The notes under the pieces are model-generated. The model worked only from the letters and a program-made list of their open reading frames with translations. It did no database searches and was not told the origin of the DNA. Of a stretch of DNA of 64,000 nt, positions 34,026-43,849 are shown piece by piece. Where the stretch lies: NCBI GenBank assembly GCA_963813715.1, contig CAWFAK010000007.1:192001-256000 (forward strand), in the 5' to 3' direction. Within the stretch, counting starts at the first letter, position 1. Each line of letters starts with the position of its first letter. Source of the DNA: an uncultured Planctomycetaceae bacterium (lineage in GTDB: Bacteria; Planctomycetota; Planctomycetia; Planctomycetales; Planctomycetaceae). The position numbers were made by a program, and so were the translations under genes.

Positions 34026-35840
34026 CTAGTTCTTCGCCGCCTTCGCGCGAATGCAATACAGGTTGTCGACGCTGCGGAGGTAGATCGACCCATCGGCGAC
34101 GGCGGGCGAGGCCCAGAATTGCTCGCTCAGCTTGTTGGTGCTGAGCAATTTGAACTCCGGGCCCGCGTCGAGGACGTGCGTCGACCCCGCGTCGTCGAGG
34201 CAGAAAATCTTTCCCTCGGCGGCCCAGGGAGACGTCCAGAACGCGGCGGCCTCCGGAATGCGATGACGGTACAGCAGCTTGCCCGTCGCTTTGTCGTAAC
34301 AGGTCAAGAGGCCGCCGTTGTTCTTGAGAATGTAGACGTGACCGTTGTAGATCAGCGGTGACGCCTTTTCGGGACCGCCGCGCGACGTCGACCAGGCGAC
34401 CCCGGCGTTGGAGGTCTCGTTTTGTTTAAGCGTGAGGTCGCCCGACGCGCCGGCCTTCACCGCGTAGAGCCCGCCGCCCCCGCCGCCGTTCATGCCCATT
34501 CCCGGCTCCGAGCCGACGTAGAGCATCTCCGCGTCGCCAACCGGTGACGAGTAGCAACGGCCGCCCATCTCTAATTCCCAAAGCACTTTGCCCGTGGCCG
34601 GATCGTAGGAGCGGACCTTGTGGCCGCTGGTGACCAGCTCGGTGCGGACCTTGTTCTTCCACACGACGGGTGAGCAGTGGTTCGTGCGCTCGTCGCGGGA
34701 GACGCGCCACAGCTCCTCGCCCGTCTCGGCATTGAGAGCGACGAGGAACGACTTCTCCTCGTTGTCGATCTGCAGGTAGAGCCGCTCGCCGTCGAGCACA
34801 GGCGAGCTGGCGGGGCCTTGGCCCATCACCGTGGGAAACGATCCGAAGTCTTTCTTCCAAAGTTCCTTGCCGTCAAAGTCGTAGCAGTAGAGCCCGTGCA
34901 TGCCGAAATAGGCGAAGACGCGGCGGCCGTCGCTGACCGGCGTCTCGGTTGCGTAAGTATTGCTCTGTTGGATGGCGGTGCGTGGTTTTCCGTCGAGCGC
35001 GTGCTTGTCCCACAGGACTTTGCCCGTGTTGCGATCGAGGCAGACGACTTGCCAGTGATAGACGGCGTTGGGGATCCGTTCGCCCATGCCCCGGCCCATT
35101 CCACCGCCTCGGCCTCCGCGTCCGCCGCGGCGCCCGCCTCCGGGGCCTTCACGCAGCGCCTGCAACTGACCCTTCTGCTCCTGGTTCAGAATCCTTTCGA
35201 GCTTGCCGGTGGTGGTCTTCTGGAAGTCGTCGAGCTGCTTCTTCTGGGCGTCGGTCAGCTTCAGACGCTCGACGTCCGCCGCGGGCAGGACGCGTCCCGG
35301 CTCCGGCCGACGGAACCGAGGAGCCTCGTCTTCTTCCGGCGGCGCTTTGAGCGTCTTTTGTTGTTCTGGGGTGAGCAGCTTGGCGAGCTCGGCGTCGACT
35401 TCTTTTTGCAGGTCGTGGAGTTGCTTCTTCTGCGCGTCGGACGGCTCAAGCCGGTCCTCGAGAAACGGAGGCAAGAGCACGCCGGGCTGCGGGGGTCCGC
35501 CCGGACCGCCGCCGAATCCGCCGCGCCGGCCGCCGCCGCGACCGCCCGGGCCGCCCATACCGAACCCACGGGACGGCCGCGCCTGGTTCTCGGTGCTGGC
35601 GGTGGTCACGAAGACTTTGTCGCCGCACACAATGGGCGACGACCAGCCGAGCCCCGGGATTTTCGTTTTCCAGAGCACGTTGATGCTGGTCCCCCACTCG
35701 CTCGGGATAGTCGTGGCGGCCACGCCGTCGCTCTGCGGTCCACGAAACTGCGGCCAATCATCAGCCTGAAGCAAGGCCGCCGAAACGCCGACGACGAGCC
35801 ACGCGATTCCGATCGATTTACGGGTCGACTCGCCGATCAT
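34026..35840 (-). CDS. Secreted PQQ-like beta-propeller protein
   Basis: Signal peptide, DWPQFRGP, GWSSP, NTYATETP, SSPV repeats, FWASPAVADG. ATG at 35840 preferred. Confidence 0.9.
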   Translation of the reverse strand: MIGESTRKSIGIAWLVVGVSAALLQADDWPQFRGPQSDGVAATTIPSEWGTSINVLWKTKIPGLGWSSPIVCGDKVFVTTASTENQARPSRGFGMGGPGGRGGGRRGGFGGGPGGPPQPGVLLPPFLEDRLEPSDAQKKQLHDLQKEVDAELAKLLTPEQQKTLKAPPEEDEAPRFRRPEPGRVLPAADVERLKLTDAQKKQLDDFQKTTTGKLERILNQEQKGQLQALREGPGGGRRGGRGGRGGGMGRGMGERIPNAVYHWQVVCLDRNTGKVLWDKHALDGKPRTAIQQSNTYATETPVSDGRRVFAYFGMHGLYCYDFDGKELWKKDFGSFPTVMGQGPASSPVLDGERLYLQIDNEEKSFLVALNAETGEELWRVSRDERTNHCSPVVWKNKVRTELVTSGHKVRSYDPATGKVLWELEMGGRCYSSPVGDAEMLYVGSEPGMGMNGGGGGGLYAVKAGASGDLTLKQNETSNAGVAWSTSRGGPEKASPLIYNGHVYILKNNGGLLTCYDKATGKLLYRHRIPEAAAFWTSPWAAEGKIFCLDDAGSTHVLDAGPEFKLLSTNKLSEQFWASPAVADGSIYLRSVDNLYCIRAKAAKN

Positions 35841-36096
35841 GCGGCTCGGTCCTTTGCGAAGTGTGTTTGGAAAAGAAGTGCTCGCGAATACCTTGCCGGC
35901 GCCACAAGAGGGCGCCGAGCACCGGATATTACTGGAATCATGAGACCGCCGCAGCACGACGTCCGGCATCAAGTCCGCGAGCTTAATAGGAGATTAAGAC
36001 CGACATCGATTGTCCGAGATTGCCACTTCTTGGCCGCGAAGCTCGCCGTTGTGGCTGCCAATTATGGTTGGACGGTGTCCTACGAGACTTACGAGA

Positions 36097-36954
36097 CTAT
36101 TGAGACTGTCCCTCTTTTCGCGTCTCTGGTTCGATGTCCGTGGAGACGCTCAGGTCCTTCCACTTTCTGTCGGAGTCCATCTTCGCGAGATCATTCTGTT
36201 CCACAAAATGCACTGCGTCACTGCCGAGCAACAAACGGAGCGGCGGATCGTTCAGGCTTGCGATGTGGAGAACGGCGGCAGCCGCTTTGGCGGGATCGCC
36301 GGGTTGCTTGCCGTTATAGTCGCGCTGGAACCGCGCTGTTTTGCCTACCGTCGAATCGTACTCGGGACGTCCTGCGCGGATCGCCGTCGAAGAGCCTGCG
36401 AAGTCGGTTCGGAAACCACCCGGCTCGATGATCGTCACTTTAACACCGAACGGTCCGACCTCTTTGGAGAGCACTTCGGAGAAGCCTTCGACTCCCCACT
36501 TGGCGGCTGCATAAGGGGCCCGGCCCACCGGCCCGATTCGACCTCCAACTGAGGAGAACTGAAGGATATGACCAGCCCGTTGCTCCCGCATGAGAGGAAG
36601 CGCGGCCTTGGTGACGTTGATCACGCCGAAGAGATTCGTCTCAATCTGCGCACGAAACTCGTCGAGGCTTGTGTCTTCGATAGGACTGATGTCGCCATAC
36701 CCCGCATTGTTGACGAGCACGTCGAGCCGCCCAAATGCCTTTGTCGCTACGGCGACGGCATCGACGGCCGCCTGCTCGTTGGTCACGTCAAGCGCAACGG
36801 TTCGCACCTGGTCGCCATACCGCTCGATCAGATCGGCGAGTTGCGCTGGATTACGCGCCGTTGCAACGAGCTTGTGGCCAGCAGCGAGCACTGCATCCGC
36901 GAGTGCGCGTCCAAGGCCCCGAGAGCTCCCGGTAATCAGCCACACCTGTGACAT
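36097..36954 (-). CDS. Short-chain dehydrogenase/reductase
   Basis: TGSSRGLG, NNAG, YAAAK, IEPGGFRTDF. Confidence 0.93.
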   Translation of the reverse strand: MSQVWLITGSSRGLGRALADAVLAAGHKLVATARNPAQLADLIERYGDQVRTVALDVTNEQAAVDAVAVATKAFGRLDVLVNNAGYGDISPIEDTSLDEFRAQIETNLFGVINVTKAALPLMREQRAGHILQFSSVGGRIGPVGRAPYAAAKWGVEGFSEVLSKEVGPFGVKVTIIEPGGFRTDFAGSSTAIRAGRPEYDSTVGKTARFQRDYNGKQPGDPAKAAAAVLHIASLNDPPLRLLLGSDAVHFVEQNDLAKMDSDRKWKDLSVSTDIEPETRKEGQSQ

Positions 36955-37120
36955 CGGACTCACCTTCTAAAATCATTTGTCATTGGTCGCATCAAGGAGA
37001 CAAGCGGCGGGCAACCGAGGATGCTCAAATGGCGATGAACAAACTCAGGTGAACGAAATCACGTGCGCGATTATGAGACGTCGAGCGCGGTTGGCCACCC
37101 TGCAATGAGTGGGCCGTCGG

Positions 37121-37542
37121 CTATTCCCCGACCGGGACGAGCAGCTTGCGTTCCGGCGGCGCGGACAGGAATTGCTTGAGTTCGGCCTGCAAGGTCGTGA
37201 TGTAGGGGCTCGTGAGATGCGCCTCCATATCAGCCAGGCTTTTCCAGCGTTCGTAGATCAGGTAACGCCTGGGTTCCTTGACGTCGCGGTTGACGTCATA
37301 GGCCAGGCAGCCTTTCTCCCGGTGAGCCTCCTTGGCGACCTTGGCGAAAGCCGCTTCGAGCTTTGCCTGCATGCCGTCCTTGGCCTGAAGGCTGACGATC
37401 CACGTGAAAGGCTTGGACGGGTCCTTCAATTCCGACTTGATCCGGGTGACGAGCGGGTTGGGTTCGGCCTGGTCGGCCCCCAGCGCCACCAATGGCCTGC
37501 CAGCAGACCAGCGACACCGGTCAGGAGTGTGGGGGACAACAT
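37121..37542 (-). CDS. Antibiotic-biosynthesis-monooxygenase (ABM) family protein with signal-like N-terminus (frameshift near 37495)
   Basis: EKGCLAYDVNRD..YLIYERWKS..AH ABM pattern. Hydrophobic leader MLSPTLLTGVAGLLAG lies in another frame, preceded by GGAG. Confidence 0.75.
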
Positions 37543-37863
37543 GGGTGGCTCCCGGCGTAAGGTTCGATAGCGAGCGTCTTTGGTGCGATGATAGGAGCAC
37601 CAATGCCTTGCGGCAACGACGTGCACTCCCCTTACGCTGGAGTCGGCTGTCCGAAGCCGGACAGGGCGCAACGAGGTGATGCGCCATTCCCGCAATTCGG
37701 TCGTTTAACGGGGTTCCCGAAAAACGGTTGGCTTTGACGATACACGACAGATTCTCATCGGGCTCACAGCTTCGGTTATGTTGGACTGGAGCACGAGAGG
37801 CTACTTGGTGCCAATAGGCCGGGGACGCCCTTTAGGCCGTGGGCGTCAATTTGGCGATGCGCG

Positions 37864-38656
37864 TTATGAGGCCTGGTGAACCGATCTGCTCGGCGGCGCG
37901 AGCGAACGCGTCCGTCGCTCCGCGCAGCGCAGCGCCTCGACGTCGGTGAAGAGCGGCGCGTCGGTACGCAGCGTCGCCAGTCTCTTAAAGAGCAGCGCAC
38001 GCTCCAGGTGGTTGCCGAGGACGTGCGGCGGGAACTCATCGATCGCACCGTAGCGCGTGATCAATCTTGCGGCCGTTCTTGGCTCCGATTCTCGGAATCC
38101 CAGGATAACCGTCCGCTGCGTCGCCGACGAGCGCGAGGTAGTCGGCGATGTGCGACGGCGCGACACCGAACTTCGCGCGCACGCCCGCGTCGTCGCGAAT
38201 CTGCCCGCTCCGGCGATCGACCTGCACAACGCGCGCACCTGATACGCACTGGGCGAGGTCCTTGTCCGGAGTCCAGATGCAGACCTTATCGACCAGGGGA
38301 TCCTGCGCCGCAATGTGTGCGGCAGATGCCAACGCGTCGTCGGCCTCGAGTTCGACCATCGGCCACGTCACGACGCCCATTGCGAAAAGCGCCTGCTCGA
38401 GCGGCACGAACTGCGCGTGCAGCGCAGGCTCAATACCCTGCCCAGTCTTGTAGCCTGGCCAGAGATCGTTGCGGAATGATTCGATGATGTGATCCGTGGC
38501 CACGCCAATGTGCGTCGCGCCCTCTTCGAGCATCTGGATGACCGTTACCAGGACGCCCGCGACTGCCCCGAACGGCAGGCCCTTCGATGGGAGACGCCGC
38601 AGGCCGTAGTAGTGGCGAAACAGCTCGTAAGTGCCGTCGATGAGGTGAATGATCAT
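37864..38656 (-). CDS. Stand-alone 5'-3' exonuclease / flap endonuclease (frameshifted; 3' end uncertain)
   Basis: LIDGTYELFR, SFRNDLWPGYK, EADDALA, TPDKDLAQ, LALVGDAADGYPGI. Confidence 0.88.
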
Positions 38657-38896
38657 GTCGTGCAGGAATGCTCTCGACGAAGGCGATTTGAATTGCTCGG
38701 CGCGATCTGGCATGGTTGCGGCAACGTCGGGCACAATTGCCGCAGATCAAGGTTTAGTGCGAGATGCGTGCGCATCGGGTTGCTGGAGCTACCCTATTTC
38801 TCATTTGACGTCGTCTGTACCGCATGGAATCATCGACGGATCAACCGCCTGCACTCCCGAGCGGCACCCATCACGTCATTCTGCCGGAGACTCGCC

Positions 38897-41098
38897 GTGA
38901 AGACATCCGGTCGTGGTTTATTCGATTCGCTGCTATGCGGCATTGCCGTGGTGGCTGCCTGTGGCGGTCTGAGTGCCCAGGACCGGCTGCCGTCCATGCC
39001 GGGGTACGAGAACTATGAGAAGATGGCCAAGCAACTCCCCGGCGCGGTCAAGTCGGGGGCTATGTTCGTCACGTGGAAAGATGGCGGGAAAGCGCTGGAA
39101 TACCGCCACGACGGCAAGCGCATCCGAATCGACGTCGCGACCGGGAAATCGGAAGCCATGCCCGAGCCGAAGGACGGCGGCAAGGACAGACCAGGCTCCG
39201 GACCCGGCAGAGGGCGGTTCGCGGGCGGAAGGAACGGCGGTCGTGGCCGTGAACGCGGCGGACGGGGCGGCGCCGCCGCCGGCCGTGGTCGTCAAGCCAC
39301 TTCAAGCCTCTCCCCCGATGGTCAGTTCAAGGCGTTTTACCGCGACCGGAACCTTTGGATCTCCGATGCCAAAGGGCTGATCGAAATGCCCGTCACCACC
39401 GACGGGAGCGAGAAGAACCGGATCAAGAATGGCTCCGCCAGTTGGATGTACGGCGAGGAACTGGAGCAGCGGACCGCGATCTGGTGGTCGCCCGACGGCA
39501 AGAAGATTGCGTTCTACCGATTCGACGAGTCGAAGGTGTCCGATTACTTCCTGGCGCTCGACCAGACCGCGCTGATGACGCGGCTCGATGCCGAGCCGTA
39601 TCCGAAGCCCGGCGCCCCGAACCCGGTGGTCGATCTGTTCATCTATGACCTGGCGAGCAAGAAACTGACTCGGCTCGACGTCCGCGACGGCGGGCCCTTT
39701 ACCAACGACTCGATCGGGCATTACGTCTATCACGTCTCCTGGTCGCCAGATGGCAAAGAGCTGCTCTTCAACCGGACGAACCGTAAGCAGAACGCGATGG
39801 AGTTTGTGGCGGCCGACCCGGCGAGCGGGAAGTGCCGCGTGATCGTCCGCGAGGAGTGGCCGGCGAGCTGGGTCGAGAACACGCCGGCAATGCGGTTCCT
39901 CAAGGACAACCGCCGATTCGTCTGGTCCTCCGAGCGGACGGGCTGGCGGAACTTCTACCTCTACGACCTTTCGGGCAAGCTCCTGACGACGCTGACGAAC
40001 CACCCGTTCGAGGTAGCGGACGTCGTTCACATCGACGAGGGCGCTGGGTTGCTCTACTACACGGCCCACAGCGGCGATAATCCGATGAAGCTGCAACTGC
40101 ACCGGGTTGGCCTCGACGGCAAGGGCGATACCCGCCTGACCGACCCGGCCTACCACCACACGGTCGATTTCGCCCCGGACGGGAAGTCGTTCGTCAGTGT
40201 CATGCAGACCCACGATGCCGCGCCCGCCAGCAGACTTTTCAGGGCCGAGGGCAAGGTCATTGCCGACCTCGCCCGGAGCGACCTGTCGCGGTTCAAGCAA
40301 CTCGGGCTGCGCCCGGCCGAACTGGTCACGTTCAAGGCTGCGGACGGGGTCACCGACCTCTACGGTCTCTTGTATTTCCCGTCGAACTTCGACCCTTCAA
40401 AGAAGTACCCGCTGCTGGTTTCGGTGTACGCGGGGCCGCAGACCAACGCCGCGCGGGAGACGTACTCCTCCGCCCAAACGTTGGCCGAGTACGGGTTCCT
40501 CGTCGCGACCTTCGACTCGCGCAGCGCGGGCGGGCGTGGGAAGAAGTTCGTCGACGCGATCTACGGCAAGCTCGGGGTCGTCGAGATCGACGATCAGGCG
40601 GCTGGGGTGAAGTCGCTGTGGGACCGGCCGTATCTGGATAAGGCCCGCGTCGGAATCTACGGCACGTCGTACGGCGGGTACGCGTCCGTCATGTGCCTTT
40701 TGCGGCACCCGAACGTGTTCCGGGCCGCATGTGCGTCGTCGCCGGTCACCGACTACCGGCTCTACGACTCGATCTACACGGAGCGGTACATGGGCCTACC
40801 CCAGTCCAACAAAGCGGGCTACGACGCGGGCAGCGCGGTGGTCCACGCCAAGGACTTGAAGGGCCGACTGATGCTCTACTACGGCACGGCGGACAACAAC
40901 GTCCACCCGTCGAACTCGATGCAACTGATCCAGGCCTTGCAGCAGGCGGGGAAAAGTTTCGAGGTGCAAATCGGGCCGGATCGCGGCCACTCCGGGATCT
41001 CTCGGCCGCGGATGATGGAGTTCTTCATCGAGAACCTGGTGTTATCCGCACCGTCGAACAAACAAGGCCTGCCTTCGCCGCCACCAAAGTCCGGTTAG
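38897..41098 (+). CDS. Dipeptidyl-peptidase IV-like S9 peptidase
   Basis: Signal peptide, YGEEL..WWSPDG, YPKPG..NP, GTSYGG nucleophile, DNNVH, RGH. GTG start at 38897. Confidence 0.93.
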   Translation: MKTSGRGLFDSLLCGIAVVAACGGLSAQDRLPSMPGYENYEKMAKQLPGAVKSGAMFVTWKDGGKALEYRHDGKRIRIDVATGKSEAMPEPKDGGKDRPGSGPGRGRFAGGRNGGRGRERGGRGGAAAGRGRQATSSLSPDGQFKAFYRDRNLWISDAKGLIEMPVTTDGSEKNRIKNGSASWMYGEELEQRTAIWWSPDGKKIAFYRFDESKVSDYFLALDQTALMTRLDAEPYPKPGAPNPVVDLFIYDLASKKLTRLDVRDGGPFTNDSIGHYVYHVSWSPDGKELLFNRTNRKQNAMEFVAADPASGKCRVIVREEWPASWVENTPAMRFLKDNRRFVWSSERTGWRNFYLYDLSGKLLTTLTNHPFEVADVVHIDEGAGLLYYTAHSGDNPMKLQLHRVGLDGKGDTRLTDPAYHHTVDFAPDGKSFVSVMQTHDAAPASRLFRAEGKVIADLARSDLSRFKQLGLRPAELVTFKAADGVTDLYGLLYFPSNFDPSKKYPLLVSVYAGPQTNAARETYSSAQTLAEYGFLVATFDSRSAGGRGKKFVDAIYGKLGVVEIDDQAAGVKSLWDRPYLDKARVGIYGTSYGGYASVMCLLRHPNVFRAACASSPVTDYRLYDSIYTERYMGLPQSNKAGYDAGSAVVHAKDLKGRLMLYYGTADNNVHPSNSMQLIQALQQAGKSFEVQIGPDRGHSGISRPRMMEFFIENLVLSAPSNKQGLPSPPPKSG

Positions 41099-41265
41099 GA
41101 AGAGTCCGAAGAGACCTCGCATCCGATTTGACACAGTCTTGGGAGTGTTGCGCGACCGGTCGCATCAATCAGCGTAACGCCGCACGCTGTCACCGTATCT
41201 GGCCGGTCGCCGGGGAAACCGCGGCCCCCCGCAAAACGCAACACGGCCCCTGTCCCGAGGCAACC

Positions 41266-42735
41266 TTGGACCCGAACTTGGTTCCCGCCGAAATCCCCAA
41301 ACCGGGCGATGCCCCGACCGATGCCAACCCGACACTGGCCCGGGCGCTCGGCCTTTTCGACATCACCATGCTGGTCATGGGCAGCGTTATCGGGGCCGGC
41401 ATCTTCGTGGTCCCGCACGACGTCGCCAAGATAGTGCATACGCCCGAACTCGTCCTAATCGCGTGGGTTTTGGGCGGGGTGGTGAGCTTGGCGGGCAGCC
41501 TTGTGTACGCGGACCTCGTCCGGCGTCGCCCCCACGTCGGCGGACAGTACGCGTTCCTGCGCGAGGCGTACCATCCCGTCGTCGCCTTTCTGTACGGCTG
41601 GTGCCTCCTCTGGGTCATTCAGTCCGGCGGGATGGCGTCGGTGGCCGTGGTCTTCGCGCGCTACTTCATGGAATTGGGAAATCTCTTCCCGGCCATCCTC
41701 TCCGGTTCGCCGGCCGAGGCCCCCGGCACGGCGGCGGGCGACACGCTGGTCGGCAAGGTAATCGCGGCCGTCGCTATCGCCATCTTGACGGCCGTCAACT
41801 GCCTGGGAGTCCGAACCGCAAGCACGGCGCAGAACCTCTTCATGGTGCTCAAAGTCCTTGCCATCGTTGTCCTGATCGCCTGCGGCCTGCTCGTTGCGCT
41901 GCCGTCGGGCGGACAATCCGGCGGCCAGATAGCTGAGACTGCCGGAGCGTGGTGGATGGTGCCCGCCTTGGCCGCCGCCCTGGTGCCGGTCCTGTTCGCT
42001 TTCGGCGGCTGGCACACGACGACGTTTATGGCGGCCGAGGTTCGCGACGCCCGACGGACCTTGCCGCGTGGCCTGCTTCTAGGCGTCGCGGGCGTGACGG
42101 TGCTCTACCTGGGTGTGAATTACGTCTGCCTGCGCGTCCTGGGCGTGGAGGAACTGGCCGCCAACGGCAGCCCCGCGTACGAAGTCATGCGCCGGGCGCT
42201 GGGCGGGCCCGGCGCGGTCATCCTTTCGGCCGGGATCGCCGTCTCGGCCTTGGGCTTCCTGAGCCAGGCGGTGCTCACGTCGCCCCGCGTTTATTTCGCG
42301 ATGGCCCGCGACGGCCTCTTCTTCCAAGCCGTCGCCCGCATCCACCCGCGCACCCGAGTCCCCGTCGTCGCCATCCTGCTCCAAGGCGCGTTCGCGAGCG
42401 TCATTGCAGTGTCGGGCACGTTTCACCAGATTCTGAACTACGTCATGTCGGTCGAATTGGTGTTCCTAGCCCTGACGGCCTTGAGCCTGTTCATTTTGCG
42501 GCGCAGAGACAAAGCTGAGGCGATCGTCGCGAGCGACACAGTGCCGGGTCATCCGGTGACCACGTTACTTTTCGCGGCGGCAACGCTCGCCGTGGTCGCC
42601 GCCATCGTTTACGAGTATCCGGCGAACAGCGCGATCGGACTCGGGATCGCCGCGGCAGGGGTTCCGGTCTACGCCTTCTGGCGGTGGTGGAACCGCGGAG
42701 GAAAGAACACGGTGGAGCTTGATCATTTCGGATAA
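41266..42735 (+). CDS. APC-family amino acid permease
   Basis: GSVIGAGIF, GGQYAFL, FAFGGW, RVYFAMARDGLF, about 12 TMs. Start approximate. Confidence 0.92.
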   Translation: MDPNLVPAEIPKPGDAPTDANPTLARALGLFDITMLVMGSVIGAGIFVVPHDVAKIVHTPELVLIAWVLGGVVSLAGSLVYADLVRRRPHVGGQYAFLREAYHPVVAFLYGWCLLWVIQSGGMASVAVVFARYFMELGNLFPAILSGSPAEAPGTAAGDTLVGKVIAAVAIAILTAVNCLGVRTASTAQNLFMVLKVLAIVVLIACGLLVALPSGGQSGGQIAETAGAWWMVPALAAALVPVLFAFGGWHTTTFMAAEVRDARRTLPRGLLLGVAGVTVLYLGVNYVCLRVLGVEELAANGSPAYEVMRRALGGPGAVILSAGIAVSALGFLSQAVLTSPRVYFAMARDGLFFQAVARIHPRTRVPVVAILLQGAFASVIAVSGTFHQILNYVMSVELVFLALTALSLFILRRRDKAEAIVASDTVPGHPVTTLLFAAATLAVVAAIVYEYPANSAIGLGIAAAGVPVYAFWRWWNRGGKNTVELDHFG

Positions 42736-42930
42736 ACGAACCTCGACTGGCTCGTTTGCGTGCTTCGCGGCATCGCCCTGCCTGCCTGTGCACAATTGCC
42801 GAATTTCCTGAGATTCGCGTTCCGGAATTCTCATTACGGAAATCAAATCACCGGGAACTCGTCGGATCGCAGATTTTTCGGGATTGGAAACTCGTTGATT
42901 CGGCCGCGTTCCAAAGTTTTTAACGCCGGC

Positions 42931-43073
42931 GACGGGTGGCCGGGGAGCTCCGCGTAGCGGAAGCGCCGGAACGCCGGTTCAGCCCGCCACTTGCTTCCGA
43001 ACTGTCAGGACATTCCCGGCCGAACGAACTGACGGAGAAACGGGGGCTTCCGCGAAGCGGAGCGCCCCGCCAC
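42931..43073. repeat. REPIN-like inverted doublet; contains an empty IS target
   Basis: Left arm GTGGCCGGGGAGCTCCGCGTAGCGGAAGCGCCGG; right arm (43041-43073) reverse-complements to GTGGCGGGGCGCTCCGCTTCGCGGAAGCCCCCG. Confidence 0.85.
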
Positions 43074-43197
43074 ACAACACGACCCCCCCGCCACTTCTCG
43101 CAAATTGCGCAAAAATCCGGAAAATAGACCTCAGGGCAGAAAATAAAGGGGTGGGCTGGCGCATCGTTCCTTTGAGAGTTGTGCGGCGAGGGTCTTT

Positions 43198-43842
43198 GTG
43201 ACCGCGGCAGACCATGGTCAGACTGATCCCGGCCGGACAGACCCGCCGCCGAAAAACACTGGCGGACAAGCCGCCAGTGCTACCCGGTCGGAAACAGGCC
43301 GGATCGATGCGGCTCTCGTCGCCGAGCTTTACGATCGTTACGCCGAGGAAATCGGCTCGTTCTTAAAGGGTGTGCTGCGGAACTCCGACCTGGCGGCCGA
43401 GGCTCTGCAAAACACTTTTGCCAAAGCAGTTGAGTCGGGCCATACGGCCCGGGAGGAAACGCTCAAAGGGTGGCTGTTTCGGGTGGCTTTTCACGAAGCC
43501 GCCCTGCTCCGGCGACGCGGTCAGGTGCATGAACGCTCGCTGAGGCAAATGGCCCGCAACAGCCCGGCCGCGAACGAATCGGCCGAGCAACCCCACGAGC
43601 GGCTCGCACGAGACGAAACACTGGCCGAAGTTCGCCGGGCCCTCCGGGAGCTTCCGCCGGATCAGCGACAAGTGGTGCAGATGCGGATTTATGAGGAGAA
43701 GTCGTTCGCGGAAATCGCCGCCGACCTCTCCTTGCCGCTGGGCACCGTGTTGACGCGGATGCGGCTGGCCATGCAAAAACTGTCGCGACACATGCGGCCA
43801 CCGGGGAGCGAAGGCCCCTCGGACCGCGGTCGCCACGGATGA
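43198..43842 (+). CDS. ECF RNA polymerase sigma factor
   Basis: Region 2 (LYDRY..ALQNTF..WLFRVA) and region 4 (LPPDQR..SFAEIA..LGTVLTRMR). Confidence 0.93.
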   Translation: MTAADHGQTDPGRTDPPPKNTGGQAASATRSETGRIDAALVAELYDRYAEEIGSFLKGVLRNSDLAAEALQNTFAKAVESGHTAREETLKGWLFRVAFHEAALLRRRGQVHERSLRQMARNSPAANESAEQPHERLARDETLAEVRRALRELPPDQRQVVQMRIYEEKSFAEIAADLSLPLGTVLTRMRLAMQKLSRHMRPPGSEGPSDRGRHG

Positions 43843-43849
43843 CCTTTAT

